Positions 28,689 to 38,883 of a DNA stretch of 64,000 nt are shown here, in pieces; the stretch's first letter is position 1, and every line of letters begins with the position of its first letter. Origin of the DNA: Pseudomonadota bacterium. Its GTDB lineage: Archaea > Thermoplasmatota > SW-10-69-26 > JACQPN01 > JAJPHT01. The notes under the pieces are model-generated. The model was not told the DNA's origin. It made no database searches and saw only the letters and a program-made list of their open reading frames with translations. A program made the position numbers and the translations under genes. The DNA lies in contig JAJPHT010000016.1 in assembly GCA_021325135.1 (NCBI GenBank), positions 22,449 to 86,448 of the forward strand. Direction: 5' to 3'.

Positions 28689-29306
28689 TCACGGCTCGGC
28701 CATGAAGCGGCGGAACTCCTCCAGGGTGCGGGGCTGCATGGTGTGGTTGTGGGCCTTCTCGTGCCCCAGCGTGGAGGTGGGCGTCTTGCCGTAGTCGTGG
28801 CCGGGCAGCACGACGAGGTCGTCGGGCAGCGAGCGCAGGATCCCCGTCAGCGACCGGTGCATGTCGTCGACGCTGCTCCCGGGCAGGTCGACGCGGCCGC
28901 ACTCGCCCACGAAGAGCGTGTCGCCCGTGATCAGGTGCGTGCCCTCCACGAGATAGCAGACGGAGTCGAAGCGGTGGCCCGGCGTGTGGAGGACCTCCGC
29001 CTCGACCGCGCCCACGCGGAAGCGCGCGCGGTCCGCGTGGCGCGCGTCCACGGGCGCGTGGTCCGCGCTGACGTGCGCGTGGACGGGGGCCCCGGTCAGC
29101 TTCTGGACGCGCGGGATGCCCTGCACGTGGTCCGGGTGGCCGTGGGTGGCCCACACCTGCGCCACGCGCAAGCCGCGGGCCTTCGCCTCGTCCACCAGGC
29201 GCTCGGGCTCGAAGCCGGGGTCCACCAGCGCGGCCTCGCCCGCGTCGTCGGCCACGAGGTAGGCGAAGTTCTGCATGGGGCCCACGCGGATCTGGTGGAC
29301 TTGCAC
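28689..29306 (-). CDS. MBL-fold hydrolase (glyoxalase II-like)
   Basis: Motifs THGHPDH, HTPGH, TGDTLF and PGHDY. Confidence 0.9.
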   Translation of the reverse strand: MQVHQIRVGPMQNFAYLVADDAGEAALVDPGFEPERLVDEAKARGLRVAQVWATHGHPDHVQGIPRVQKLTGAPVHAHVSADHAPVDARHADRARFRVGAVEAEVLHTPGHRFDSVCYLVEGTHLITGDTLFVGECGRVDLPGSSVDDMHRSLTGILRSLPDDLVVLPGHDYGKTPTSTLGHEKAHNHTMQPRTLEEFRRFMAEP

Positions 29307-29460
29307 GCGCGACGCAGCGGCCGGATCGGGGATGAAGGTGCGCTCCCGATGCGGAACCCGAAATCTCCAAGCGCCTCGCGGAGGATGGCCCTTCGCGCAG
29401 CGAGGAGGATTGGCTCCCGCTGGACCGGGGTAGATGCGCTGCGCCCGAGCGTGCGTGCGC

Positions 29461-30693
29461 ATGGCCGTGGCCCTGGGCGTCCTCCTGCTGAAGCTCCTCA
29501 TCCTCCTCGTCGCGGCGAAGCTCGCCGGCGAGGCCGCCGAACGGCTGCGCCAGCCCGCCGTGCTGGGCGAGCTGCTGGCGGGCGTCCTCCTGGGGCCCAG
29601 CGTCCTGGGCCTGATCACGGGCGTCTCCTTCACCGGGGACGCCGGGGGCGGCGAGGTCGTCCGCTTCGTGGCGGAGCTTGGCGTGATCCTCCTCCTCTTC
29701 GAGGTGGGCCTGGAGACGCGCCTCAAGGACATGGCCAGGGTGGGCGCGTCCAGCTTCCTCGTGGCGCTCCTGGGGATCGTGGGCTCCTTCGCCGCGGGCT
29801 TCGGCGTCTCCTTCCTGCTGGGCGTCGCGGGCTTCTGGAGCGCGAGCGCCCTCTTCCACGTCTTCGTGGGCGCGACGTTCACCGCCACCAGCGTGGGCAT
29901 CACGGCGCGCGTGCTCAGCGACTCGGGCCGCCTCGCCACCGCGGAGGCGCGCATCATCCTGGGCGCGGCCGTGCTCGACGACGTGGGCGGCCTCCTCATC
30001 CTCGCCTTCGTCACGGCCCTCGCGGCGGGCGCCGTCTCGGCGGGCGCGCTCGCCTTCACGGGCCTCGTCGCGATCCTCTTCCTGGCCGCCGCCGTGGGGC
30101 TCGGCCTCTGGATCATGCCGCGCGTCATGGACGCGCTGGCCGACCTTCGCGTGCGGGGCGCCGTCCTCACGGGCGCGGTCGCCTTCTGCCTCCTCCTCGC
30201 GTGGGGCGCCGAGTCGGTCCACCTCGCCGCCATCGTGGGCGCCTTCGCCGCGGGGCTCGTCCTCGCCGCCACGCGCCAGCACGCCGCCCTCTCCGAGCGC
30301 GTGCGCCACGTCGCGGACCTCTTCGTGCCCTTCTTCTTCGTCTACGTGGGCCTCCAGGTGGACCTGCGCGGCGCGGGCGCCGAGGCGGGCCGCATCGTCG
30401 TCGCCGTCGTGGCGCTCCTCCTCGCCGCCGTCGCGGGCAAGCTCGTCTGCGCGTGGGGCGTCCGCGAGAAGGGGCTCAACCGCTACGCGGTGGGCGTCGG
30501 CATGGTGCCACGCGGCGAGGTGGGCCTCATCTTCGCCCTCGTGGGGCTCACGACGATGGTCCAGGGCGCTCCGCTCATGCAGCCGTGGGAGTACACGGCG
30601 ATCCTCCTCGTGGTGGCGCTCACGACGTTCGTGACGCCGCTGTGGCTGAAGGCGGCGATGCGCGCGTCACCCGAAGATACTGCCCAGCCCTGA
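29461..30693 (+). CDS. Cation:proton antiporter (CPA2, NapA/KefB-like)
   Basis: Motifs GELLAGVLLGP, LFEVGLE, ATSVGI, AAVLDD and MVPRGEV. Confidence 0.92.
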   Translation: MAVALGVLLLKLLILLVAAKLAGEAAERLRQPAVLGELLAGVLLGPSVLGLITGVSFTGDAGGGEVVRFVAELGVILLLFEVGLETRLKDMARVGASSFLVALLGIVGSFAAGFGVSFLLGVAGFWSASALFHVFVGATFTATSVGITARVLSDSGRLATAEARIILGAAVLDDVGGLLILAFVTALAAGAVSAGALAFTGLVAILFLAAAVGLGLWIMPRVMDALADLRVRGAVLTGAVAFCLLLAWGAESVHLAAIVGAFAAGLVLAATRQHAALSERVRHVADLFVPFFFVYVGLQVDLRGAGAEAGRIVVAVVALLLAAVAGKLVCAWGVREKGLNRYAVGVGMVPRGEVGLIFALVGLTTMVQGAPLMQPWEYTAILLVVALTTFVTPLWLKAAMRASPEDTAQP

Positions 30694-30957
30694 GGCCGCC
30701 GCGTCGTCCTCGGCCTGCATGATATCATGAAGCCTCTGCGCGTCGGGCGCGCGCTCCGCGAAGTCCAAGAGCAGCGCGTCCGCGCGGAGGATGCCCGCGT
30801 CGCTGCCGTCCACGAACAGGTAGAGCCAGTCCCCCGGCTGCCCGAAGTGCCGCGCGTCGCGCACCTGGAGGCTCTGCCGTGACAGGGTGTCGTCGCCCAG
30901 GGCCTCGTCGAGGCGCGCGCGCTGCGAGGCTTTCAGCCGGTAGACCTGCCAGGCCAT
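30667..30957 (-). CDS. Conserved small archaeal hypothetical protein
   Basis: 96 aa; DD.LSRQS...RD and C-terminal AASGLGSIFG. Confidence 0.7.
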   Translation of the reverse strand: MAWQVYRLKASQRARLDEALGDDTLSRQSLQVRDARHFGQPGDWLYLFVDGSDAGILRADALLLDFAERAPDAQRLHDIMQAEDDAAASGLGSIFG

Positions 30958-31021
30958 CGCTCCAGGATGGGGGGCGCAGGGGCTTGAGGGTTCGCCTCTT
31001 GCTGGGCCCTCTGCTCCTTCC

Positions 31022-31174
31022 TTGGGGGACTCCGTCCCCCAAACCCCCACAACACCCGAATCTCAGAATCTCCGAATCAGCGCCACGACAAACACTCGCG
31101 GGTGGTTTCCTCCCCGGTGATTCCGAGATTCGGAGATTCGGGTTTCGCGGGGGCCTGGGGGCGGCAGCCCCCAG
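31022..31174. repeat. Dispersed palindromic element, copy 2
   Basis: 26-bp IR arms at 31054-31079/31118-31143 (2 mismatches), flanked by small hairpins TTGGGGGACTCCGTCCCCCAA and CTGGGGGCGGCAGCCCCCAG. Confidence 0.88.
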
Positions 31175-31205
31175 CGGAGGCGGAAGCCCAAGGAGCCCCT
31201 CCCAC

Positions 31206-34200
31206 TCACTCCCGCGGCAGCGTCAGCCGGAACGTCGCGCCGCGCCCGGCCCCCTCGCTCTCGCACCAGATGCGGCCGCCGTGCTCCTCGACGATGCCGC
31301 GGCTGATGTAGAGGCCGAGGCCGGAGCCGCCCGCGGTCACGCGCATGGGGTCGTGGACCTGCGTGAACGGCTGGAAGAGGCGCGCGATCTGCTCGGGGGC
31401 GAGGCCGGCGCCCGTGTCCTCGACGGCGATGCGCGCGGCGGCCTCGTCCGCCTCGACGCGCAGCGAGACGCGGCCGCCCGCGGGCGTGAACTTGAGGGCG
31501 TTGGAGACGAGGTTGAACAGCACCTGCGTGACGCGCTCGGGGTCCGCGACGACCACGGTGGCGGGGGCGTCGGCGAGGAGGAGGGAGACGCCGGCCTGGC
31601 GGGCGGCCTCCTCGAAGGAGGCGCACGTGTCGCGCAGGAGCGCCGCGAGGTCGACGCGCGTCTTCTCCAGGCGCAGCCGCCCGCTCTGGATGCGGGAGAC
31701 GTCCAGGAGGTCGCGCACGAGGCCGTGGAGGCGCGCCGTGTTGCGGCTCAGGACGCCCACTGCGCGCTGCTGGCGCTCCGCGAGGGGGCCCAGCCGGCCC
31801 GTCTCCAGGAGGTGGATCTGGAGCATCATGGGGGTCAGCGGCGTGTTCAGCTCGTGGGACGCGGTGTTGAGGAGGAGCGTCTTGAGGTTGCCCACCTGGA
31901 CGAGCTGCTCGTTGGTCTCGCGCAGGCGCGCCTCGGCGCTCTTGAGCGAGGTGATGTCGCGGAAGAACCACACGCGGGCGCGGGCCTGCCCCTCCGCGGT
32001 GAAGATGGGCGCGGAGTAGCGGTCCAGCACGCGGCCGTCCTTGAGGCGCACCTCCTCGCGGCTCTCCTCGTCGGGCCGGGCGTAGAGCTCGCGCACGCGG
32101 CGGAGGAACTCCTCGGGGTCCTCCAGGAGGTGCAGCACGGCGCGCAGGGCCGTCTCGTCGGAGGCGAGGTCCTCGTCGCGCAGCTTCCAGATCTCGGCGA
32201 AGCGGCGGTTGGAGGAGAGGATGCGCCCCTCGGGGGAGACGACGAGGATGCCGTCGATGGCGGCGTCGCCCTGCCGCTCCAGGAGCACCTTCTGGAAGTG
32301 CAGCCGCTCGTTGGCGGACTTGAGGGCGGCGAAGCCCTCGGCGTTCTCCAGCGCGGCGCCCGCGATGGCGGCGACGAACTCCACGATGGCGGCCTCCTCC
32401 TCGCGGAACGCGCCGCTCACCTGGGGCTGCTCGGCGTAGAGGCAGAGGACGGCGCTGCCGCGGACGTGCACGAGGCACGCCGCGGCGGAGCGCGCGCCCA
32501 TGGCGAGGAGCGCCTCGGCGCCGGGGCCTGGCGCGTCGGCGCGGAACGTGACGGCGCGGCCCGCGGGCGCGCCCTCCAGGAGGGCCTGCGCGGCGCGCGC
32601 CTCGCGCGAGTCGCCCGCGACGCGCCCCTCGGGGCCCACCTCCAGGAGGGCGCACGCGTCGGTCCTCAGGAGCTCGCCCGCGCCGCGCAGCGCGGCGGCT
32701 CGGATGCCCGGCGCGTCAAGCTCGGCCACGATGCGGCGGCCCGCCTCCAGGACGCCGTGATATCGATCCGCGAGGGCGAGGCTGGGCTGCTGCGCGGGCG
32801 CGGCGAGGGGCGCGGCGCCCTCGTCGGGCTCGTCGGCGCCGCGCGGCCAGCCCAGGTCGCGGGCGAGGCGCGCGCGCATGCGCATGGTGAGCGCCATCTC
32901 GTGGGCCGCGCCCTGCACGCGCGCGGCCAGGAGGCTCTCGTCCAGGAGGGCGCGCGCCTTCGCCTCGCGGCCCAGCACGGCCTCGAACCAGGCGCGCTCG
33001 CGCAGTGCATGGGGGAGGTTGTTGCGGTAGAAGCGCGCCCACGAGACGGCCTTGCGCGCGGCGCGGAGGCCCTCGTGGGCAAGCTCGCGGTCGCGGGGGA
33101 GCAGGCGCGCGGAGGCGTCGAGGCGCGCGCGCATCGCGGTGGCGAGCCAGGGCAGCACGGGCGCCACGTACTCCTGGCGCAGGCCGCGGCCGCTCACGAG
33201 CCCCCACGCCGTCTGGAGGCGCGCGACGGCCTCGTCGGGCCGGTCGGCCTTGAGCGCGACCAGGGCCGAGGCCATGAGCACCTCCGCGGTGGTGTGCACG
33301 TCCTCGCTGGGCGTCTCCCGCGCGGCCTCCACCAGCGCCGCGGGCAGCGCGCCCTCGGAGGCCTTCGCCCAGATGCCCAGCGCGATGCCCGAGGCCTGCG
33401 CGTCGCCGATCTCGGTGGCGGACTCGTGGACGGCGCGCGCGGTGGCGACGGCCGCGGCCAGGTCCCCCAGGCGGTACTGGCAGAACGCGACGTGCCAGCG
33501 CGCGGTGTTCTCCTCCCACATGTCGCCCGTCTTGGAGAGCAGGCGGATGGCCTCGCGGGAGTGCTGGAGGCACTCGTCGTAGCGCGAGGCGGCGTAGAGG
33601 ACGACCGCGAGGAAGTGGAGCGACTGGCCCTGCCCCCAGATGTCGCCGAAGCCCTTGCGGATCTCCAGCGAGCGCCGCGCGTAGCGGATGCCGCGCGAGC
33701 ACCAGGGGATCATGGTCATGACGGGCGCGTGCTCGGAGTACGCCTGCGCCAATTCCAGGCTCGCGGGGTAGCGCTCGGCGAGGTTCATCTCGCGCAGGTG
33801 CGCCCACCCGCAGGCGGCGAGCCCCTTCTGGAACCAATACGCGTAGGCGAGGCGGCTGTAGAGGCGGATGGCGATGAGCTCCTCCTCGGCGCCCTCGCGC
33901 TTGCGCCGGGCGAGGAAGAGGCGCGGCAGCAGCGTGTGGAGGACCTGCACGAGCGCCTCGAAGGCGGCGCGCATCGCGTAGCCGAGGCTGGAGCGCGGCA
34001 CGGTGCGGCCCAGCGTGCGCAGGCCCGCCTCCAGCGCCTCGCTGGCGCTCCTCATGTCGCCGCGCTTGAAGGCCAGCTCGCCCGCCTTGGCGAGGATCTC
34101 GGCGCGCGCGACGGGGGACTCGGCGAGGCGCTGCGCCTCCTCGAAGCAGCGGGACGCCTCCGCGTAGCGGCCGCGGAGCATGAGCACGTCGCCCAGCCCT

Positions 34201-36398
34201 TCGCGGACGCGCTTGATCATGGCCGCGTCGTCCGGGGGCGCCCCGCGCAGCGCGATGCGGTAGTGCTGCTCGGCCAACTCCAGCGAATGGCGGCGTCGCG
34301 CCTCCTCCGCGGCGCGCAGCGCGTAGGGGAGCGCGCGGGCGGCGTCGCGCGCGGCGTCGAAGTGGTAGGCGATCTCGAAGGCGCGCTCCTGGAGCGTGCG
34401 CTCCAGGTGCTCGGCGGCGCGGCGGTGCAGGCGCTCGCGCTCCTCCTCGGTGAGCATGGCGAGGAGCGTCTCGCGCAGCTTGTCGTGGACGAAGGCGTAG
34501 CGGCCCGACTCGGCGCGCGTCCAGACGATGTGCCGCTGGCGGGCGACCTCCAGGGCGGGGATGGTGCGCGTCGCGGCCTGGCCGGAGAGCTCGCACGCCA
34601 TGGCGAGGTCGAACTCCTTGCCCAGGACCGCGCCCACGGTGAGCGCGTGGAGCGTCTCCACCGGGAGCAGGCGCAGGCGGCGGGCGAGGAAGGCCGCGCT
34701 CTGGGTGGAGGACTGCATCTCCGCCATGCGCGAGGGGTCGACGAGCCAGCCCGAGGGGCTCGCGACCAGGGCGCCCGACTCGACGAAGCCGCGCAGCACG
34801 GCGGAGGCCATGAAGGGGCTCCCCTCGGAAAGCTCGGCCACGGCGTCGACGGCACCGCGCGGCAGGGGGCCGGCCATGGACTCGCAGAGGCGCGCGACGT
34901 CCTCGCGGCCGAAGGGCGGAAGCGCCATGCGCAGGGACGCTGCGGCCGCGCGCAGCGGGTGGTCGGCGTCGACCTCCTCGGTGCGGAAGGCGGCGATGAC
35001 CACCGCGCGGCGCCCCTTCGGGCTCTCCTCGCGGGCCCACGCGGCGAGGAGCTTCACCGTCGCCTCGTCGGCCCACTGGCAGTCGTCGAGGATGACGAGG
35101 GCCGGGCGGCCCGGGAGCCCCGCGGCGTCCAGCATGCGGGCGAAGGCCTGGATGCTGCGCCGCTCGCCGTGCGCCTCGGGGCCGAGCTCCGCCGCGTCGC
35201 CGCCGCCAAGGGCCTCGCGCAGGTCGGGCGCGGCCAGGAGGAGCGCGTCGCGGTCCTCGCCCAGGGCGGAGTCGAAGAGGGGCGCGAAGGAGGCGTCCTC
35301 CTCCAGGGCGCGGGCGAGGTCGGCCGCGACGCCACGGAGGACCTGGAAGGGCTGGCGCGCCGCCTGGTCGACGCCCTGCCCGCGCAGGACGAGGGCGCCC
35401 ATGGCCTGGGCGTGGTGCGCGAACTCGTCCAGGAGGCGCGTCTTGCCGCCGCCCGACTCGGCCTCCAGGAGGACGAGCCCGCCCTCGCCGCGGCCGGCGC
35501 CCGCGAGGCGGGCCTCCAGCGCGGCGAACTGGCGCGCGCGCACGACGAAGGCCGGGTCCGCCAGCGACGCGCGGGCGTCGTGCGCGCCCAGGACCAGCGA
35601 GGGCTCCTGCTGGCCGCGGGAGAGGGCGTCCAGCATGGCCTCCAGGTCGCGCTCGACGCCCGCGGCGGTCTGATATCGTTCCCGCGGGTCCTTGCGCAGG
35701 AGGCGCTGCACCAGCTCGTCCGCGACGCGGGGCACGCGCACGCCCCCCGAGCGCAATTCCGGCGGGCGGGCCGCGATCTGGTCGCGCAGCACGTCGCGCA
35801 TGCGCTCGCGCTCGAAGGGCCTCCGGCCCGCGAGCGCGTGGAAGAGGAGGATGCCCAGGGAGTAGAGGTCGGCGCGCTCGTCCACGGGCACGTCCAGGAG
35901 GCCGCACTGCTCGGGGGCGAGGTAGGAGGCGCGCAGCGCGGCGCCCTTCTCGTCCTCCAGCGTGGCGGGGCGCGCGAGGCCGAAGTCCACGAGCAGGGCG
36001 CCCGAGGGGGTGAGGATCACGTTGGCCGCGCAGACGCCGCCGTGGAGGACGCCTCGCTCGTGGGCCTCGCGCAGGCCCGCGGCGACGCGGGCTCCGACGC
36101 GCAACGCCTCGGAGAGGGGGAGGGGGCCGCGCCGGAGCCGTTCGGAGAGGGGCTCGCCTTCCAGGAAGGGGCGCGCGATGACGATGGCGTCCTCCTCCAG
36201 CGCGACGGAGGCGGGCGCGCCGGCCTGAAGCGTCGGGCAGGCGCGCAGGAGGGACGCCTCGTGCTCCAGGCGGAGACGCAGGCTGGCGCCCGCCGGCCCC
36301 ACGGCCATGCGCCGCAGGAGGACGCGGGCGCCTTCCGGCGTCTCCGCGAGGTAGGTGCTGGCTCCGCCGGCGGCGGCCAGCGGGCGCAGGACGCGCAT
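31206..36398 (-). CDS. Multidomain sensor: Ser/Thr (pseudo)kinase - STAND/AAA ATPase - TPR - GAF - PAS - HisKA/HATPase
   Basis: DFG and YLAPE; ESGGGKT and LDDCQWAD; ASHELNTPL, NLVSNALKF, DTGAG and GSGLGL. GCTTTATC box about 30 nt upstream of ATG 36398. Confidence 0.9.
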   Translation of the reverse strand: MRVLRPLAAAGGASTYLAETPEGARVLLRRMAVGPAGASLRLRLEHEASLLRACPTLQAGAPASVALEEDAIVIARPFLEGEPLSERLRRGPLPLSEALRVGARVAAGLREAHERGVLHGGVCAANVILTPSGALLVDFGLARPATLEDEKGAALRASYLAPEQCGLLDVPVDERADLYSLGILLFHALAGRRPFERERMRDVLRDQIAARPPELRSGGVRVPRVADELVQRLLRKDPRERYQTAAGVERDLEAMLDALSRGQQEPSLVLGAHDARASLADPAFVVRARQFAALEARLAGAGRGEGGLVLLEAESGGGKTRLLDEFAHHAQAMGALVLRGQGVDQAARQPFQVLRGVAADLARALEEDASFAPLFDSALGEDRDALLLAAPDLREALGGGDAAELGPEAHGERRSIQAFARMLDAAGLPGRPALVILDDCQWADEATVKLLAAWAREESPKGRRAVVIAAFRTEEVDADHPLRAAAASLRMALPPFGREDVARLCESMAGPLPRGAVDAVAELSEGSPFMASAVLRGFVESGALVASPSGWLVDPSRMAEMQSSTQSAAFLARRLRLLPVETLHALTVGAVLGKEFDLAMACELSGQAATRTIPALEVARQRHIVWTRAESGRYAFVHDKLRETLLAMLTEEERERLHRRAAEHLERTLQERAFEIAYHFDAARDAARALPYALRAAEEARRRHSLELAEQHYRIALRGAPPDDAAMIKRVREGLGDVLMLRGRYAEASRCFEEAQRLAESPVARAEILAKAGELAFKRGDMRSASEALEAGLRTLGRTVPRSSLGYAMRAAFEALVQVLHTLLPRLFLARRKREGAEEELIAIRLYSRLAYAYWFQKGLAACGWAHLREMNLAERYPASLELAQAYSEHAPVMTMIPWCSRGIRYARRSLEIRKGFGDIWGQGQSLHFLAVVLYAASRYDECLQHSREAIRLLSKTGDMWEENTARWHVAFCQYRLGDLAAAVATARAVHESATEIGDAQASGIALGIWAKASEGALPAALVEAARETPSEDVHTTAEVLMASALVALKADRPDEAVARLQTAWGLVSGRGLRQEYVAPVLPWLATAMRARLDASARLLPRDRELAHEGLRAARKAVSWARFYRNNLPHALRERAWFEAVLGREAKARALLDESLLAARVQGAAHEMALTMRMRARLARDLGWPRGADEPDEGAAPLAAPAQQPSLALADRYHGVLEAGRRIVAELDAPGIRAAALRGAGELLRTDACALLEVGPEGRVAGDSREARAAQALLEGAPAGRAVTFRADAPGPGAEALLAMGARSAAACLVHVRGSAVLCLYAEQPQVSGAFREEEAAIVEFVAAIAGAALENAEGFAALKSANERLHFQKVLLERQGDAAIDGILVVSPEGRILSSNRRFAEIWKLRDEDLASDETALRAVLHLLEDPEEFLRRVRELYARPDEESREEVRLKDGRVLDRYSAPIFTAEGQARARVWFFRDITSLKSAEARLRETNEQLVQVGNLKTLLLNTASHELNTPLTPMMLQIHLLETGRLGPLAERQQRAVGVLSRNTARLHGLVRDLLDVSRIQSGRLRLEKTRVDLAALLRDTCASFEEAARQAGVSLLLADAPATVVVADPERVTQVLFNLVSNALKFTPAGGRVSLRVEADEAAARIAVEDTGAGLAPEQIARLFQPFTQVHDPMRVTAGGSGLGLYISRGIVEEHGGRIWCESEGAGRGATFRLTLPRE

Positions 36399-36666
36399 GG
36401 GCGAGTCTGCCTCGGGCAGGCGAGATAAAGCTTCGGAGAGGCCGGGAAGGAACAAAGGTACATGGTCGAAGAGCCTGGCCGGGGGGTTCGGGGGGCTTCG
36501 CCTGGCGCTGTCAACTTAAGTGAAGTGATTTTGAGTCGCAGGCGGCTTGAGGGATTGCTCTCGTGGGCTCGGTCCGCCGAGGGATCCGCCTCCCAAAAGG
36601 CGGGATCCCGCGCGCCGAGGGACCTTGCACCTTCTCGCAGGAACCCCCAGGAAAAAATCCCTTACC

Positions 36667-37065
36667 CTAGGCCCGGGCGCGGCGGCGCGTGGCCAGCACC
36701 GCGTCGGCGACGTCCAGGAGGGCGGCCACGTCGGGCTTGAGGACCACGGCGTTGGCCCGCCCCTGCTGGAGCGAGGAGGAGATGCTCTCGTCGTGCCCCG
36801 TGAAGACGACGCGCAGCGCGTCGGGGTGCATGATGGCGACGCGCTCCAGGAGATCGGCCCCCGTGAGGCCGGGCATGGTGTGGTCCGTGATGACGAGATC
36901 GAAGGGCTTTCCCTCCGTGGCGCGCGCGTCGATGAGGTCCAGGGCCTCGTGGGCGGACGAGGCGCGCGCGACCTCGGTGTGCGGGAGGGCGAAGTGGAGG
37001 AAGACCTGCAGGCCCTCCGCCAGGTCGAGGTCGTCGTCGACGACAAGGACGCGTCGGGGCTCCAT
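36667..37065 (-). CDS. Stand-alone response regulator receiver
   Basis: Motifs VLVVDDD, DLVITDHTMP, FTG and KP. Confidence 0.9.
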   Translation of the reverse strand: MEPRRVLVVDDDLDLAEGLQVFLHFALPHTEVARASSAHEALDLIDARATEGKPFDLVITDHTMPGLTGADLLERVAIMHPDALRVVFTGHDESISSSLQQGRANAVVLKPDVAALLDVADAVLATRRRARA

Positions 37066-37088
37066 GGACCCCTCCTTGCGCGCTGCCC

Positions 37089-38549
37089 CTATTCGTAGGG
37101 GTGGGAGTCTCCGCGGGGCGGGCGGGGCGCCTTCCGGAGGCCGGGGGTCGCGTGGCGGCGCTTGGCGATCCACCACGCGAGGCCGGCGAAGAGGCCTTCG
37201 CTGCGGGCCAGGACGCTCTGCGCGCTGGGGTGGCGGTGGAGCAGGCGGTGGCGCAGCGCGTGGTGCCGGCGGCGCGGCTCGTAGAGGCGGTGGAGCGGCG
37301 CGCCCAGCGCGACGAGGGCGAGGCCCAGCAGGATGGCCTTCCAGCCGCACGCCAGGAGGAGCGCCAGCGAGGCCGCGACGCCCAGCGCGGGAAGCAGCGG
37401 CGTGCGCAGCGTGCCGAAGGGGTCCTTGCGCGCGAGGCGCCACGCGGCCAGCGAGGTGGAGAGGAACGTGACCGAGACGAAGACGACGGTCGCGCCGATG
37501 AGGAGCGTGAGTCCCCCCGCCAGCGCGGCGGCCAGGGCGAGGGCGCTGAGCAGCAGGAGCGCGCGCAGGGGCACGCCGCCCCGCGTGAGCTTCGCCAAGG
37601 GCGCGGGGAGATAGCCGTCCACCGAGAGGGCGTGCGCGAGGCGCGAGGCGCCCAGGAGGTTGGCCTGGTCGGCGCCCAGGATGGAGAGGAGCGCGCCCGC
37701 GCCCAGGAGCGCCGCGCCCACGGGGCCCAGGATCGCGCGGGCGGCCTCCACCAGGGGCGCGCTGCTCGACGCGATGGCGCCCTGGGGGAGGATGGCCAGG
37801 AGCGCGGCGTTCACCAGGAGGTACGCCAGGAGGCTGAAGGCGAGGCCCGCCGCGATGGCGACGGGGATGCTGCGGCGCGGGTCGCGCACCTCGGCGGCGG
37901 GGAGCGTCGCGACCTCGAAGCCGGTGTAGGCCCAGAAGATGACCATGAAGGCGGTGGCGAACTCGAAGGGGCCCCCCTTGACCAGGGGCTCGAAGTGCTC
38001 CACGGCGTCGGCGGGCGCGCGGGCGTAGGCGTAGACGCCCAGCGCGGCCAGGAGCGCGAGGGGGGCCAGCTTGAGGAAGCCCACCACGGCGCCCAGGCGC
38101 GCGCCGGACTTGGCGGGCGCGAGGTTGAGGGCGAGGACGAGGAGGACGAAGGCGGCCTTCACCAGCGCGTCGGCCCACCACGCCATGCCGGGCACGAAGC
38201 CGTGGAGGTACTGCACGAAGGCGCTGGGGAACACGGCGGCGCCCACGAGCTGCGCGAGGAGGATGCTCCACCCCACGAGGAAGCCGGCGCGCTCGCCGAA
38301 CGCGTCGCGGGCGTAGGCGTAGGCGCCCCCTTCGCTGGGCGCCATCTGGGCGCACGCGCTGAAGTTGAGGGCGATGACGAACGCGACGAGGCCCGCCAGG
38401 AGCCAGAGGGCGAGGCTCGCGGCGCCCACCAGGGGCGTGGTCAGGTTCGCGGCGACGTAGATGTCCGCGCCCACGACGGCGCCCACGACGAGGGCGGTGA
38501 GGTCGAAGGCGGTGAGGCTCCTGCGGCTGGCGAGGGCGGGCTCGGGCAT
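37089..38549 (-). CDS. APC-family amino acid permease
   Basis: Motifs GAVVGADIY, GGAYAY, FWAYTGFE and EVRDPRR. Confidence 0.9.
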   Translation of the reverse strand: MPEPALASRRSLTAFDLTALVVGAVVGADIYVAANLTTPLVGAASLALWLLAGLVAFVIALNFSACAQMAPSEGGAYAYARDAFGERAGFLVGWSILLAQLVGAAVFPSAFVQYLHGFVPGMAWWADALVKAAFVLLVLALNLAPAKSGARLGAVVGFLKLAPLALLAALGVYAYARAPADAVEHFEPLVKGGPFEFATAFMVIFWAYTGFEVATLPAAEVRDPRRSIPVAIAAGLAFSLLAYLLVNAALLAILPQGAIASSSAPLVEAARAILGPVGAALLGAGALLSILGADQANLLGASRLAHALSVDGYLPAPLAKLTRGGVPLRALLLLSALALAAALAGGLTLLIGATVVFVSVTFLSTSLAAWRLARKDPFGTLRTPLLPALGVAASLALLLACGWKAILLGLALVALGAPLHRLYEPRRRHHALRHRLLHRHPSAQSVLARSEGLFAGLAWWIAKRRHATPGLRKAPRPPRGDSHPYE

Positions 38550-38717
38550 CCCGCGGGCGGAGGGCGCGCGGCACCCATAAGAAACATACGAATCGTGAAT
38601 GCCGCGCCGGCCCGCCCGTTTCGGCGCAACGAGGCGCCCCTCCCTGAGGGGCGCGAATGATAGCTTCGGGGCACTCCGGCGCGCAAGGCCTTGCCTGGGA
38701 GGCGGCTCGGGTGGTCC

Positions 38718-38882
38718 ATGGCCCAACTCCTCCTCAACAAGGGCATCCTCGCCCGCGCCACCGCCGCCTGCCCCGTCTGCGGGAACCCCGTGGAGATGAC
38801 CCACGCCTTCAACGGCGCCCGCCTCCGGGAGAGCTACGGCTGCTACCGCTGCGGCCCCACCACGTACACCGTGCGCGTCTGA
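38718..38882 (+). CDS. CPxCG-type small zinc-finger protein
   Basis: CPVCG...CYRCG, 54 aa, good codon bias. Confidence 0.7.
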   Translation: MAQLLLNKGILARATAACPVCGNPVEMTHAFNGARLRESYGCYRCGPTTYTVRV

Positions 38883-38883
38883 T

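Noticed and set aside
36430-36665. AT-richer spacer with a small hairpin between the receiver and the sensor kinase as an ncRNA
   Set aside because: No recognisable RNA family motif; compatible with a promoter or terminator.
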